A DNA stretch of 63,805 nucleotides, filler included, from Reticulomyxa filosa (taxonomy: Eukaryota; Protista; Foraminifera): NCBI GenBank assembly GCA_000512085.1. It is 10 parts of 10 records of this genome, joined end to end, with 100 filler letters (N's around TTAATTAATTAA, not from the genome) between each part and the next. Parts side by side here need not be neighbours in the genome. Positions count along the whole stretch, not along the records: positions 42,767 to 60,601 come from ASPP01008734.1; 9 more parts are not named here. The stretch is one strand, 5' to 3'. Shown piece after piece: positions 44,467-58,393 of the stretch. The first letter of the stretch is position 1. Each line of letters begins with the position of its first letter. The notes under the pieces are model-generated. The model saw only the letters and a list, made by a program, of their open reading frames with translations. It did no database searches and was not told where the DNA came from. Position numbers and translations under genes: made by a program.

Positions 44467-47400
44467 ATGTGCCTCTCGGCTCTCCGTTTGCGGGCTCTTG
44501 TCTCAGAAAAAGATAAACGCTTATATTGTTTTCGATTGTGCTGGAGACATTTTGGTACAGCAGAGACTGTGAAGAAAAGTGACATTATAAAATATCTGCA
44601 CCACCAACACCTTGAGATAGCACAAAATATCTATGAATTGGGAGCGACAGAATTTCAAAGAGTCTCGCAACGAGCACTGGAGAAATATGAATGTCAGATA
44701 GTTGCACTAAAGCACCCAACTGATGAAGACAATACAATAGTGGTATTTCGATGTAACAACATGGACAATATAGCAAAGTCCAAGAAATTGATAGAAAATT
44801 TGATGTCAAATAAGCAAATCTATAGAATTGGATCGTCTTCTTTTCTACCACTAGTGCATAGAGTAGTGGAACATATACAAAGCATGTCAGAATTTCGAAA
44901 CATAAGAATAAATAAGTGTACATGTGATGTAATATTTGAAGAAGAAGAAGAAGGAAGCGAAGGAAATGCAAATGAAAAGAAAAAAAAAAGCAAGTCTGTA
45001 CAAATTGAATTATTTGAAAACATAATGACAACACCAAATAATGTGATTCAATTGACATTTCCAAAAGGAGGAATCAGTTATTCTTTTTTTCGACAGTTGT
45101 GTGAGCAACATCAAATATTCAATACGACAATTCCGTTTCGAATTGCAGCTGCGAATACACAAACATTTCATTTAGCAGGATTGACATTGCATCAATTGGA
45201 TTTATTTTTGATGCAATTGTGCCAGTTTTTATTTCGAGTTTTTTTTTATTTTTACTTTTATATCATCTGTGTATTTTTTTTTTCTTCCCTCCCTTTGTAT
45301 ACCGCTTTATATTTGCATTGAATAGGGTAATTTCAATGTGTTAGACAAAGACAAGAAATTATGTTTGTACACATTAAAACAAATATTGGCGTCTCATCAA
45401 ATATCGCCATTTGATTATCTGGACTGGAGTCAATTTGAGTCAGCTTTGATTGGATCAGCATCAACGTCAACATTGGACAACAATGAGATAAACCCATGGA
45501 AGACTGTATTCCAAACAGCTTGTCACATGACATTACATAATGTCGTGCAAAACGCCGACACATGTGCGGCCATCTCGCTGTACGTCCCATCGTCTCCCTT
45601 TGCGATCTACTCGCTTAACACCAATCTTTGTCGGATTTGGATTGCCTTTTGTCTCAGCGATGCAACTCTTATCCGCTCCCTCTGTTTGTCACTACAAGCA
45701 AGTGTCTTTTTTGTGTATATTTGTGTCGAAATGACTGACTTTTATGTGACTCCAATCTTTTTGTGTTTCAATCAAAAAGAACATTGTGCGCAAGAACTAC
45801 GCAGCGGACTTGGTTGACAAATGGGATAGTGAGTGTCTTGAAATGCCCACACGCGATCTATTTCGTATCAAGTCTCCCTCTCTGTCCAATGTCGAAGTCA
45901 CTTCCCCGTCCAATGTCGAAGTCGCCTCTTCTCTTCCCAGGATGTCAATGATCCTGCCTCTTGGCCAAGGGATTGTTCCTCATTTAATCGGGGCCAACGG
46001 CAAAAACATCAAATATATAATCAACCGCTCCAATGGCCTACTCGTACGATTTCAACACTCGCGTACTGGTCTGCTCACCTCTTCCATGGCAGACGGCGTA
46101 TATATGTATGGAAACAAATTCCAAATCGCAGACGGCCTTCGTGGCATCTGTGAGATTTTGGATGTATTTACAACTCGTTCCAATACATATTTCTTTGTTT
46201 CTCTGTGTATATCTATGTCTATGCTTATATTTATTTATATCTATGTCTATTATGTCTATGTCTCTGTTCCCAACACACGCACACACACACACACACACAT
46301 GTATACATACACGTCATACAAACCAACAGAAATGTGCACCGTCCAGCGACTTTGGCAAACTGCAATTACTGTATGAAAAAATATCCGAGTTGGGAGTGAA
46401 CTCCGACACAACACTATTTACCAAAAGGTTGTTTCGACAGGCATTAGAAAGCATCCCCAACATCAATCCACTGCTATTTGTGCCGTGGAATGAACAAGTA
46501 CGACACAAATTAATAAGTGAGCAGCAAACGACGACGCGGGGACAAACGCACAAACAAGAGATACAAACAGACTTTGTAAAGTCGAACACGACCACACTTG
46601 CTCCATCATCCGGCCAAAGTTGTTTATTTGATTTGGTCTTTGACCACTGCAAGTCGAAAAAGTTTGAGGGTATTCGTTGGATTGACTTGTCTGTACGTTT
46701 TCATTGCAATGTTTTCCCAATGACCGAATTTCGAGCTGTTTTCCCTGTTTGTTTTTTTTCTCTCTTTGTTTCTATTTGCTTGAAAATGTATTTATTCCAA
46801 ATATGCACTGAACACTTGTTCTTTTAGTCTGCTAAATCCCAAACCTCGTCTGCGACCACACAACACCAGCAAAGCGGTTCACACAAAACCGAACAAGACT
46901 TTGTGTTTACGAATTTGACAAGCACAGATTCGAGGGCGTTAGACCAGCTCAAAGGGTCCATCGAAGATGAATGGATTGACTCCCGTACATCGGCTGCCAT
47001 GGTATGAATTCATTACAATCCAACTCACATTTTTTTTTTTTTTTTTTTTTTTGTTTAATTTACAAAAAAAAAATCCATGATTTTGGAGAATGGCCATTGC
47101 TGCGTTGAATAGAAACGAGAAAAGATTCGAATACCACAAGAAACTGCTAACACCCTGACTGTAGACAAATTGCAGGCGCTGCTGCGACTACGTGCTCAGT
47201 GTGAAGTGGATATGCTGTTTGGATGCGACATAGTACTGACGGGCACAGAAGTGCAGCGGTTGAAGGCAAAGTCTCTATTGGGTCCTCCTTTGCGAGTTCC
47301 ATGGTCATTCGATCAAAATGGAAATTTGAAAGGAAGGAACGGAAAAAGAATTCAAGAATTGGAAAAGATTACACATACCAAGATTGATATAATTCAACAT

Positions 47401-49079
47401 TTGGAGGGACAAAATTCAGAGCTCCTCATACGTGGTTTGCCATCTCTTCAGCACTTTGCTTTGGATTTGTGTCGAGAAACAACACAAGTTTTCCATTTGT
47501 AATAACACTATATATATACATATATGTGTATACATATATTATGTATTTATTTATTATTTATTTTTTTTTTAATACATATGTTTCATTCCTTTTCGAATCT
47601 TCATAAAGGCCACTGTAATTCCAGTAGCAATGTGGGAATTGACACGTTTGATTGGTAGAGACGCGAAACGAATAACCGGCATTGAAGATGCAACTGGGGC
47701 GGAAATTGTGGCTTCCGAAAAAAACTCGACCGACCAACCCGCTCTCACATTGATTGGGACAAGAAAAGAAAGAGACCTGGCCAAAAACCTGATCAGAGTC
47801 ATGTTTATCTAAAAACAAAAAAGAAAATCAATGACACTGTGTTGTTGTTTTATTTTCATTTTCTTCCAACACAGAGAGTTCTCAGAGAACTCAAAGAAGA
47901 CTTGAAATTGCTTCCCAAAATTGTATGTCGTCGTATTCCGATGAATTTGTCCGACGCCGATGCCAGAGAATATGTGATCGAAAAACTCAAGTCCTGTGGA
48001 CAGATTACGTTAGGTTTTGTGAATGCACTCTTTTCCTTATTCTCGACTATGTCTCACAACAATTTGGACTCTTTTGAACGTTAGACACATTAATATCGTG
48101 ACTCCGCCGGAAGAGTTTAAGAAAAAAAAAGACCGACTTGCCTATGTGATGTTCGCGGACATATATGCCAAAATGAAAGCCATTAAATCTGTAGAAAATG
48201 TTGTAGACGTCAATTTCAAATTATGGCATGACGCGCCAGAGTGTACTGGTTTTATTGCAAAGATTCCATCTCACATACTCCAAGGACCGTTGGAAAATTA
48301 TCTAAGATATGTTTTGCCAAATGCCAAGTTTCGAATATATTTGACTATGCTTTCCCTTCATTATACCGATCACCATACAATAACATACAAATAAACACGT
48401 ATACACCTAGAAAAATATATTGGGATTATTGGTCAACCATTGGAATGTACAAAGCGTATATCCGATTTCCAACCCGCCAAGATTTGGACAAAGCCATTCG
48501 TCAACAACTTATGTTTGAAGATACCCCTCTTGTACTCTTTCCTGCGTCAAAATGGAAAAAAGAAGCTCTTTCCTATGAAAAAGTTAACTTGATGTCACTT
48601 GTGCTTTTCTCTTCTTCAAAAAGGCAATCAACACACTTTGAATCACAAAAATAAACAAACAGAGTCTGAAACTGTACTCTCTTCAATTTCCTCAGTATTT
48701 GCAATATCTATGTGATATTGTGAAAATCGACCTTTCAAAGCCGGATTCAAAGCGTTTGACGCTAGAAAATCTCCCAAAAAAGTATGAAGCAATATGTGGT
48801 GTAAGATGGCTTGACGAGTTGTTTGTCGAAAAGATTTACGAAATGTATGCACAAAATCAATTAGACACAGATGTCATCCAATTAAATGAAAAAGAGATTG
48901 AGATTGCCCTACGAAAATATTCATCGATTGAAAACACAAATAATCCAGCTCCACGAACCAACGGTAAATATGTCACTTTATTTCAATTGCAAACTGACAA
49001 TACTCAAAGTATATTTTATCATGTTACAGATCAAAACTCCAATGGTCCTGACTTGGAACAACAACAAATGCTAGAATGA
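44467..49079 (+). CDS. Large multi-exon KH- and RRM-domain RNA-binding protein
   Basis: KH motifs HLIGANGKNIK, LKGRNGKRIQELEKIT and RLIGRDAKRITGIEDATGA. RRM-like segments IVCRRIP..LAYVMF and AYIRF. Exact boundaries uncertain. Confidence 0.7.
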
Positions 49080-49473
49080 TTTGCATTTTGTCCTTTCAAA
49101 ACTTTGTTATCGATGCTGAAACAATTTGACTGCGTAAACAGATGATTTACCCATCGATCTTTTTCCGAAGCTCAATGTTAAAAATATCTTCCTTGTGATT
49201 TAAGTGATGAATTAGCACCGTTGCCTTAAACAACATTGTGATTATTTGACACTTAAAAAAAGTAACAAGCAAAACAGCAACCGTTGCAGAAAACATTCAA
49301 TTGAAAGAGCTTTATTATTTGCAAATAAGTTTTTTTGGCTTGGTGCTACTGCTCCTTTCAAATATCTTGTTCATCACGTGTTAATTGAAAGCAGTACTTT
49401 TTTGTTGTAGCAAAAAGTTAATTGCTGGGACTTTATTTTAAAAAATATTTATATCTGTAGCAATAATAAGATC

Positions 49474-51336
49474 ATGCAGCGAAATAAACGAACATTTCTC
49501 TCAGCAGGCCTCTCAGACAACAGCGAAGCTGATGTTCCACCTCGTAAAAAACTTAGCTCTTGGCCACGTGACAACGCGAAGTTGGGAAACGCAACTGACC
49601 CAGTTGCAAACACAAAGCACAGCGTCTCACGGCATGCGGACCGTCTTATATGCAAAGCCAACACTGCAATTAGGATAAAATTTGTTTACTCCGCAGATGA
49701 TCTAATAGAACACAAGGAAAGCAATGAAGAGTTTTTCCGGCCAGTGTATACTCATCAAATGTTCGAAGAAGAGGAAATTAATGGATACGAAAATTTGCGG
49801 ATCATATTGTACATATCACAGCCTCATTTATATACTTATGTTAACATTCGATATGATCGAAAAGAAGAAGGTTGTGACGATGTGTTGGCCATTTTGAAGG
49901 AGTGGATGAAAGGTGGCTTTACCACCGACAAGGATGAATTTTTGCAACAGCTGAAACATAGTTTCTCACCGGTCGGTGAAAAGCATTGCGAATATACACT
50001 GCCGCAGCAGTATTCTTGTCAAAACGATAAAGGTATGCACATATACATGCGTACCATTCTGAAGTGAAGTTGTTTGTTTGTAATGTAATTAATGTTCGTA
50101 GAAAAACAAAAAGAAAATGTGTCGATTTACGAGATATGGCATGGAGGCATTGGAAACGAAGCCATCAAAACGTATCACGATCGATTGCAATTTCTGTCAC
50201 TCCTTTCCATTGAAACCTGTTCATATATCGACACAAACGATGACCGATGGGAAGTGATGATATTGTTTGAAAAAAATGTTTGCACTCAAACATATAAATG
50301 CATTGGTTATTTGACACTTTATTCATTTTTTGCTTTTCCGAGTGGTTATCGATTGCGAATCTCGCAAGTACTCGTCTTCCCACCATTTCAAAGATACGGG
50401 CATGGATTCGAACTGTTACAATACGTATACTTCATGGCCAAACGCAGGCAATTTCTAGAGGTGACAGTAGAAGACCCTGCGGAAGGATTTCGATTATTGC
50501 GAGACATTACGGATTTGTTTAATGCGGACATTTGTCAAGTTTTCAAGTAGTATCAAAACAACTCAATTTCCACTATATAATCACATAAAATGTTTGTTTG
50601 CTCTTTTTGATCAGTGAAACAGACCTACGCCTTGATGAAAATGATATTGCCGCAACTGGTTCATTTACTATTCACTATATGAAAATGAAAACAAAAAAAG
50701 TTCTTACATTCCATCCTTTGTTTGTTTTTTTATTCCACGCTAAATAAAATAGCTGCAGCAAAACAATGCAACGTCACAAAAAACGGGTGTCAGTCTCGCC
50801 ACCAATTAGCTGCGTCATTATGTAACAAAAGCGTGTTAAAATGTAGCAGCATTTTGAGGATAACTGAAGAACAAGCCAGAATCGTGTTTGAGACGATATT
50901 ATTTGAAAAGCTGGATAAAAATGATGAAAAGAGTTGCAAAGACTTTCGGCTCTTTGTAAAAAAAAGATTAATGAAAGTGCTGTTGGCCAATGAGGAGTTA
51001 GATGTAAAAAATGACCAAGCAACAATTAAGCACAAATTACAAGAAATGTACGATTTTGAAGAGAAAAGGTATAACACGTTGTTAAACAAAAAATTTCAAT
51101 TATTGAACAAATATCAATGTATTTCACCAAACGAAAAAGAAGCCAATGGCACCAAAAGCAAGACAATACGGTTCAACAAATTTTGTGAATTTTGGAATGC
51201 CACTCACAAGTATGAACACAAAAATTTGTGGAAATCACTTGTAGAAACAAATACTAACGAAAATGACTATTGTGAGAATACTAAAATGTCTGAGAAAAAA
51301 TGGGAAAATTTTTTTGAGCTTATCCACAATTGTTGA
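49474..51336 (+). CDS. HAT1: Histone acetyltransferase type B catalytic subunit (multi-exon)
   Basis: FRPVYTHQMF.EEEINGY, RLRISQVLVFPPFQRYGHG, EVTVEDPAEGF..LRD. Confidence 0.92.
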
Positions 51337-52850
51337 GGTTTATATGGTGCGCAATGGAAAATCTTTCAAACTAAATTTCAATACTTATTTTTTGGATATT
51401 TAATCAAAAGGATAATTTGTTGACATATTTCGTAATCTCGCACTAACAGACTATGTGTGTATTACGTGCTCCCGTATATCTCTCTTTGTAAATTGAGCAA
51501 AATAATAGTCATTTTTTTCTACTATTGTACTGAAATTTCTACCCTAATCATTCGCAAAATATTTTTCTGATGAATGTATGTCTAGAATATACAATGTGTA
51601 ACGCAAAGACTATTGTTGTACATATAATCATTTTCAACTGTATTTACAATGTTAAATTGATCTATTTTTCACACTTAAATAATAAAAAGTAATGTAACTT
51701 TAGTGTCTATTGTGAATCATACTGTGCTATTTAGATTAAACATATAACGAAGAAAAACTGTATTGACAATCTAAATTCAATATTTTTATCGTTAAATTAA
51801 TTGAAAATGTTACAAAAAATTGGAAAGAATAGTAATAATTAACAATTTACATTTGATCATATTATAATATGAACGACAAAGTAATGAACAGATTTAGACC
51901 CATTGATATATAAAGAAGCAAAACGACAAAGAGTGTATCATAAATCGTTTTCATCAGTATTGAAAACGATATTTTGTATTTCCAAAAACACATGAAATTT
52001 GTCAAATGAAGAAAAAAGTTTATGATCACAAAGAGTCACAAAATTATCTTTAACAAATTTTTTATTCACCAACACAAGGATGATATTTTAAACATATCTT
52101 TACAATAAGTATTTTCAGAATTAAAAAATTATTGAGAATTTATGCATACAACATAGCTTTTGGGGGATTGTATTTTTTTGGGTATAAACTTTATCTATAA
52201 GATGTTGGAGTATTTGGCTCGTGCTCATTCGAATATGTAGTACGTGAAATAATTAGAAAGAAGGCGAAATTTTTCAGGAGCACAAGAATAACAAAAAATC
52301 ACAGCAAATGATAATTTTCAAAAAAGAATATAAATAAATCTAATAGTGAAAATAAAAAAGATATTTTAAAAACAAAAAAGTGATAACAAATGAAAAAGAA
52401 AGAAACTACAATTAACAAAGCACAACACAAACACAATATTTCCATATATTATTTCACTGTGTAACGTTGTTTTTCTTTCCCCCCTAGTTCAAGCAAAGTA
52501 AAAGGTAATAAAATAATTTCTCTTTGAAGCAAAAACAAGAAATAGCATAAAAATAATACACAACACGAAAGCCATTCGATTACTTCAAAACTTGAAGTTA
52601 CTTTGAAAAAGTGATAAGGGCAAAAAGGAACCTAATAAGAAGAACAAGGTGGGAAAAGAGTTATATATCTTTCGTGTTCATTTTTCTCAACAACACCCGT
52701 ATACTAGACAAATAAAAATATAGCGAAGAAAAACTGACTATACTCTTGCCCACTAACCAGAACTTTGCAATTCTTTGGGCAGTTTAAATATTGTTCAAGG
52801 TTCATAATGAACTTGTGTGCTTTTTTTTGTTTTTCTTCGGTCATTTTTCA

Positions 52851-55797
52851 TTAAACACATTTGCCTTTGTATGCTATTTTAACGCATTTGTTACTACAAC
52901 AGTCTTTGTGTTGACTACATTGGAGTTTTGCTCCACGGCATTGATAACTTGGATGAACAGTTGTAGTGGATGTGGAGGTCGATGAGGGTTGTGACGTTTT
53001 AAATGTCGGTGTAAAAGTTGTCATCCTGACAATAGTAGGGGTATGCGTAGGTGGCAAAGACGAAGTTGTTTGAGGGTAGGAACTGGGCATGTCTATTGTT
53101 GACGTCGTTGTTTGCGCTGGTTGTGAGGGAAAGAGAGTCGGTGATAATGTCGATTTGCCTGTAGGACTTGAAGGAATGACCAAACTTGTCGTTACGGAAG
53201 ACTGGAACGGATTCATTGAAGGATACAGGGTAGGACTATTGAAGCTTGATGAGGGATTAGATGTTGGCTTAAGTGTTGGTGTTGATGTCGGTTTTCGGGT
53301 TAAATCAGACGTCTCAGTTGCCACTGTAGCTGGCGTCGTTGTGGTTTGCTCTGTTGGTAGCAACGAAGGTGAGGGAGTAGGTGTATACGTAGTGGGATTG
53401 TGAACAGGCATGGACGTTGGATTCAAAGCCTGTGTGGTTTTAATGGACAATGAAGGAGCGAAGGAAGGTAAAAACGAAGTCGTAAAATGAGGTGTTGGGG
53501 AAGGATGCAATGTCGATTTGGAAAATGAAGAAGGTGAAAGCGAAGGTAAGTGTATCGGCACTGCATGTGGACCCGAGGTCGGCGAAGAGTGAACGGTTGA
53601 ATTGTGTGAAGTTTCCGTAGTGTGCATCGAAGGTGGTGAAGTTAGCCCTGTCGAGGACTGGTTTGATACCGTAGTCTCGGTAGTGGGATTTTGTGTGCTT
53701 GTGGGCGGAGCAATTGGAGGATCAATCGAAGAATTAGTGGGGGCCAAAAGAGGGAGAGGTATGCGTCAACATCAAAGTGGGAAGTTTTGTGGGCATTAAA
53801 GTTGGTGAGATAGTCGACGTTGATGTTGGTGTCAATGTTGGTGTTAATGTCAACGTTGATGTTAATGTTGACGTTGATGTTAATGTTGATGTCGATGTTG
53901 TCGATGTGAAAATTGAAGTCGGAGCAATACTTGGAAACGATGTCTGCATTGTTGGCGACCAATTGTGGGGCAACGAGGGCAAAGGCGTTGGCTGCAGTGT
54001 TGGCATCCTGGTGGTATCACCGACCACTGGGGACATTGTGGGTGGATTGGTGATTGAAACAGGTGCCTGTTGGAAATAGCTTCGAAAGCCTTCCGGTTCG
54101 AACAATGCGCGCCCCCGTGCTACTTGATCCAACGTAAACATAAATCTGCATCCGTCGTCCGTATAATCCATCTGTTCGTAATTCCAAAATACACAAGCAA
54201 ACAACATGTAACTATGAAGAAAGCCACAAGTGATGACACCTAACGTAGTTTTGATGCATGTCCGGTAAATCCGGCTGTTCGTATCCGGTACAGCTGTTCA
54301 CGGTATCCGGTGGACAACCGAACCACGCAGTATTCTGTTTTCAAACATGTACATATGATTTCGATTAAAGTTGTCCATTGTTCATGTCCGAGTAACGTGC
54401 AATATAACAAAAGCGAAGGAAGTTGTAAAAAGGACATACTTGTTGTGGGGTGTCTGCGATTCCATCGTCATATTGGCATCCATCTTGCCCCCAAATGTGA
54501 CGCAAATTCAACCAATGTCCAACTATGCACATCACAAATACATAACGTATGCGCTTACAACTTAACAAAACACACATGTTTGCGCTTGCTAAATGAGCAA
54601 CCTTCGTGTGTGGTCGTTCTTCCGTACTGATGCTTCGAATTGGCAAAATAAAATGTCTCATTTCGCGATTGAAAATTGATTGATCCAAAATACCCTTTGT
54701 CCATTATCACAACACAAACAAACAAAAAAATGTATTGAAAGCAATACAACAACTCGCGCCTCTTTTAATGTGTGAATGTATCCTACCAATGTGGGCCACC
54801 ACTCCATCAATCAAACGTGACGATCCCGGATAATAAGCTGTCCAATACATGTACAGATACGTTCGTTAAGAAAAAAGATAGAAACATGTATACGTAGACA
54901 CACAGTAGCCAATGATGTTATTTGTAATTTGACATAGCCAAATGTTTAAGAAATAGCGGGAATCCCAAGCATCGGACCCACCTTGATCATCAAATTTGAC
55001 GCGGTTCGGACTGGACGAATAGTCACATAAAAAATTGATTGATTTTCGAACAATTTGATGCAGATAGAAATACAATCCAAAGTCACCAATGCGGCTCACA
55101 AAATATTCTGGCGTTTTTGATAGGTCACTATTCAATGCTCGGAAATCCAAATTCATTTGGGAAATCTGTGATTGAATCTGCGCTTCGCTTAAATTGGACA
55201 ACCCAATTTCGTCATTGGTCTGAACCATCACGTGTACGACCTTGCTCATTGCAGTGAGGCGATTTTCAAAAGGGGAAAAACAATACAGAAAAATGTTTGT
55301 GTTGTCTATTTGGTGTCCAACAGTCCAAACAGTGAGCGCCAACATAAAAAAAACTCATGTACTCTTTCAATCATCGACTTTTTTTGTTTAACTACGGGTA
55401 TCATGTAAATCGGTGCAGTTGCCATTCGTCGTCGAAAATTGTCATCGATCTCGGTATCATCGGTATTGTCTGGTAATTGTCCAAAGGGGGAGATCGAAAC
55501 GTTTTTGTTCTCGCTATATTCCATCTTATTACTACGTAATCTTCGCAATTTTGACATAAACGATTGTGCCGATTGTTCAATGCTTATTCGTCTTTTTCTG
55601 TACTCTGGATCACGAAGATCTTCCATTTCAACAACATAATCACTCACACAAGGTGAAGACGCATAAGAAGGACGGTCCAAAGTTGTTGTGTCGTCAGTTG
55701 AAAAGAAGTTATCATGGCCAACTACCACATGGACGAATAAACAAAGACCTGTCAACGCTGCAAGCGATACAATATGATGACGGAAAAAGTTGATCAT
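52851..55797 (-). CDS. Secreted M43 (pappalysin/ulilysin-type) zinc metalloprotease with Ser/Thr/Pro stalk and C-terminal cystine knot
   Basis: Signal peptide, IPVV/VHV, QIQSQI..MN.DF, GGSDAWD..YFLNIW, spliced GRTTTHEVGHWLNLRHIWG, DDGIADTP, QNY|MDYTDDGC. Frameshift near 53745. Confidence 0.9.
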
Positions 55798-56477
55798 TAG
55801 CCCCTTTGCAAATCAAAGAGGAACAAGAAAAAGGGCCAGTTCTTGACAACGTCTTGTGGAATGAAGAGATGTTCGTTGCAACATAATTGTTTTATTAAAA
55901 TTCATCTTTGCATATACAAGTGTAATATGAAAACCTTTTACTCTTTTGAGCAAACTTCAAAATTTTGTTACCAACCAGTAGTGCAAAAAACGTTAAAATA
56001 GATATTATAAATTTATTTTCCATTATTATTAGAATGCCAAAATACTATTTAAATCATGCAACTCATTTGTAAATAACGAATTCAGATAAAAACATAATAT
56101 AAAATTTTGAACGAATCCCACAAAAAATTAAGTTTTTTAGTTCAGATTAATGGATTAAAACTTTAAAGAAATTTGAGAAAATTAATTTTTCAGATAGCCT
56201 TCATGTTTTTGAATTGTTTATTCGGTATTCAATGTCGTCTAGATAAGCAAGGTGACCGATATTAAGATTAAACTTGGAAGATTTCTTAGCAATTTGTTGT
56301 TGAACACTCAAATACAGAGAAACTTTAAAATTACACCAATTCCACCATTCAATCATTGTTAATTTGTTCAAACGAGCTCAGACATTAATTGTAATACCTA
56401 TTACTTTGTATTTGTTCAAAAACGATTCATAATGTTTTTTCTAACGGTCGAACAACGGGAGGTTGATTCACTCAAAA

Positions 56478-57560
56478 ATGCAACAAAAAACCTCCAACTG
56501 TCACCGTTTTCTTCCAATTGTCTCATGTAATAAAGAACAGTTATATCAACCATCAACACATATTGGTGTGTCATGCGAAAAAAAGAAATCATATTACAAC
56601 ATGATGTTTGATCCGCGAGTGGTTCGTGGAAATACATATTCGTTATACTCTTCGCTTCGGACACAGCCGGAAAGTTGTCATCCTTCTTGTTCCTCATCCG
56701 CTGTCCACCAAAAGCACACGTATGAACGTTGCAATATTGTGTTTAAGGAAAACATTAATGACATAAACAAACTACACCACAGAAAATTTCGATCGCTTGA
56801 TGAAAGAAGTAACCAAATTACTGCAAATCCAGTGAGTGGACGTGAGAATATTGGAGTGCAAACTGACTCTTATTTGGAAGAAATTTCAGTTGAATGTAAT
56901 TCTGAAAGGTTCCAGTCTACACAAACCGACCCATTACTTGATCGTCCAAGTACTCCTGAGTTTATTCCTAAATCTAGTGGACACTCCGTTTCAATACAGG
57001 TCGAATGCAATGAATTGTTTGACTTTGATCACGAAATCGAGCCGATATTAGAAACATTACTTGGAAAAACTTTGGAGCAATCACTAATGGAGGTATGCGA
57101 AGAAACCGAGTATAAGATATACCACGAGCAAAAGGCAGTTTTTGAACAACGGGTAAATACCCTCCTTAACGAATGTCAGATATTAGAAATGAAAGAGGAG
57201 CGACTAGTAGAGGAACAAAACAATCGAAATGCGCAATTGCAAAGTTATAAAATCGCTCAAGAACGTTTAAAAACTACAGTTCGTGCACGTGAAGCTGCAA
57301 AAGACGTTGTATGTAATTTGGAGGCACTTGTATTGCAAGAATTAGAAGCCAAAGGCTATTTTAGTGATCCAATTGCAAAAGAAATCAGAAACATTTGTGT
57401 TCCTGCTGTCACCCAACAAGCTCAATTGGGAGTCGATACCATTTACTCCGTTTCTCAACAGTGTGTAGAAGACGTTGTGAACAATGCAGTTGCTGATTTT
57501 TTCAATGATGCCAATCAATCACTGGTTGTCATTGACCCTTCTCCAAAGCATAACAATTAA
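56478..57560 (+). CDS. RSPH3: Flagellar radial spoke protein 3
   Basis: NMMFDPRVVRGNTY, VQTD.YLEEI, TQTD.LLDRP.TP.FIP..SG, ELFDFD.E.EPILE.L.GKTLEQSLMEV. Confidence 0.92.
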   Translation: MQQKTSNCHRFLPIVSCNKEQLYQPSTHIGVSCEKKKSYYNMMFDPRVVRGNTYSLYSSLRTQPESCHPSCSSSAVHQKHTYERCNIVFKENINDINKLHHRKFRSLDERSNQITANPVSGRENIGVQTDSYLEEISVECNSERFQSTQTDPLLDRPSTPEFIPKSSGHSVSIQVECNELFDFDHEIEPILETLLGKTLEQSLMEVCEETEYKIYHEQKAVFEQRVNTLLNECQILEMKEERLVEEQNNRNAQLQSYKIAQERLKTTVRAREAAKDVVCNLEALVLQELEAKGYFSDPIAKEIRNICVPAVTQQAQLGVDTIYSVSQQCVEDVVNNAVADFFNDANQSLVVIDPSPKHNN

Positions 57561-57991
57561 TAACGATTAGGACACAAAAGACAATGACCAGAACTGACAT
57601 ACTGAGTTGAGATGAAAAACATTCCAAAGAGGTAATTAAAGATATTTAAAAGCTAAAGTGTTGATACAATAACGACATATTTCTATGTACCTGCAATTTT
57701 AGAGTTATAGGGCCATCAAGTTTGATTGCCTTCTAAAATTTGTTGATGTTCTTGCAACTTCTAAATCAACTTCTTTTTAAAGAAAAACTGCCACAAGTAC
57801 AACTAACAATGATTTTGTTGTATCAATCAGAGAAAACAATAAACCTAGCAAATAATCCAGAAGCATTATTGCTTAACTTTTTTAGCATCTCACTAAACGA
57901 TATGTACGCTTTTTGTTTTAAAAAATTGTTTTGTTCTTGCAAGAAAGGGCATCGTCGAAAAAATTCATGCCAATTTTAAAATTAAAACGAG

Positions 57992-58393
57992 ATGTGGCGC
58001 AACTTGAGTAATAATCCAAAGATATTGGCCATTGCCAACAGATATGGTGTAAACCGGAACATTGTTGTGTTGGGCTTCCTTTGTTGTGCACTGTCCCCGG
58101 CTGCTCTTCCGGTAGCAGCAGGACATTTAGCTTATAAATTTGTGCCACTGAAACATGCTTATGCACTGTTTGTATGTTGCAGTGCTTCAATTATTATTTG
58201 TGATCACAAACTGCGACGGACCTGGATTAGTGAAGCAAACGCACCAAAGATACTGCAATATGCTTCAATTTTTATTTTTTCCTTGGCTGTCTGTGGTGGA
58301 CTTGCCGTCAAAATTGCTGAAAAAAATCAGTGGTATGAAAAATTTGTCGATTCGTTCCCTGACTTCGTTTTGAAGTACTCAAAGAATCTATAA
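57992..58393 (+). CDS. Hypothetical small membrane protein
   Basis: 133-aa ATG-initiated ORF with about 3 hydrophobic segments and raised GC relative to its flanks. Confidence 0.55.
   Translation: MWRNLSNNPKILAIANRYGVNRNIVVLGFLCCALSPAALPVAAGHLAYKFVPLKHAYALFVCCSASIIICDHKLRRTWISEANAPKILQYASIFIFSLAVCGGLAVKIAEKNQWYEKFVDSFPDFVLKYSKNL

Noticed and set aside
53089-54079. Val/Gly/Asp-rich plus-strand ORFs
   Set aside because: Antisense of the Thr/Pro/Ser mucin stalk.
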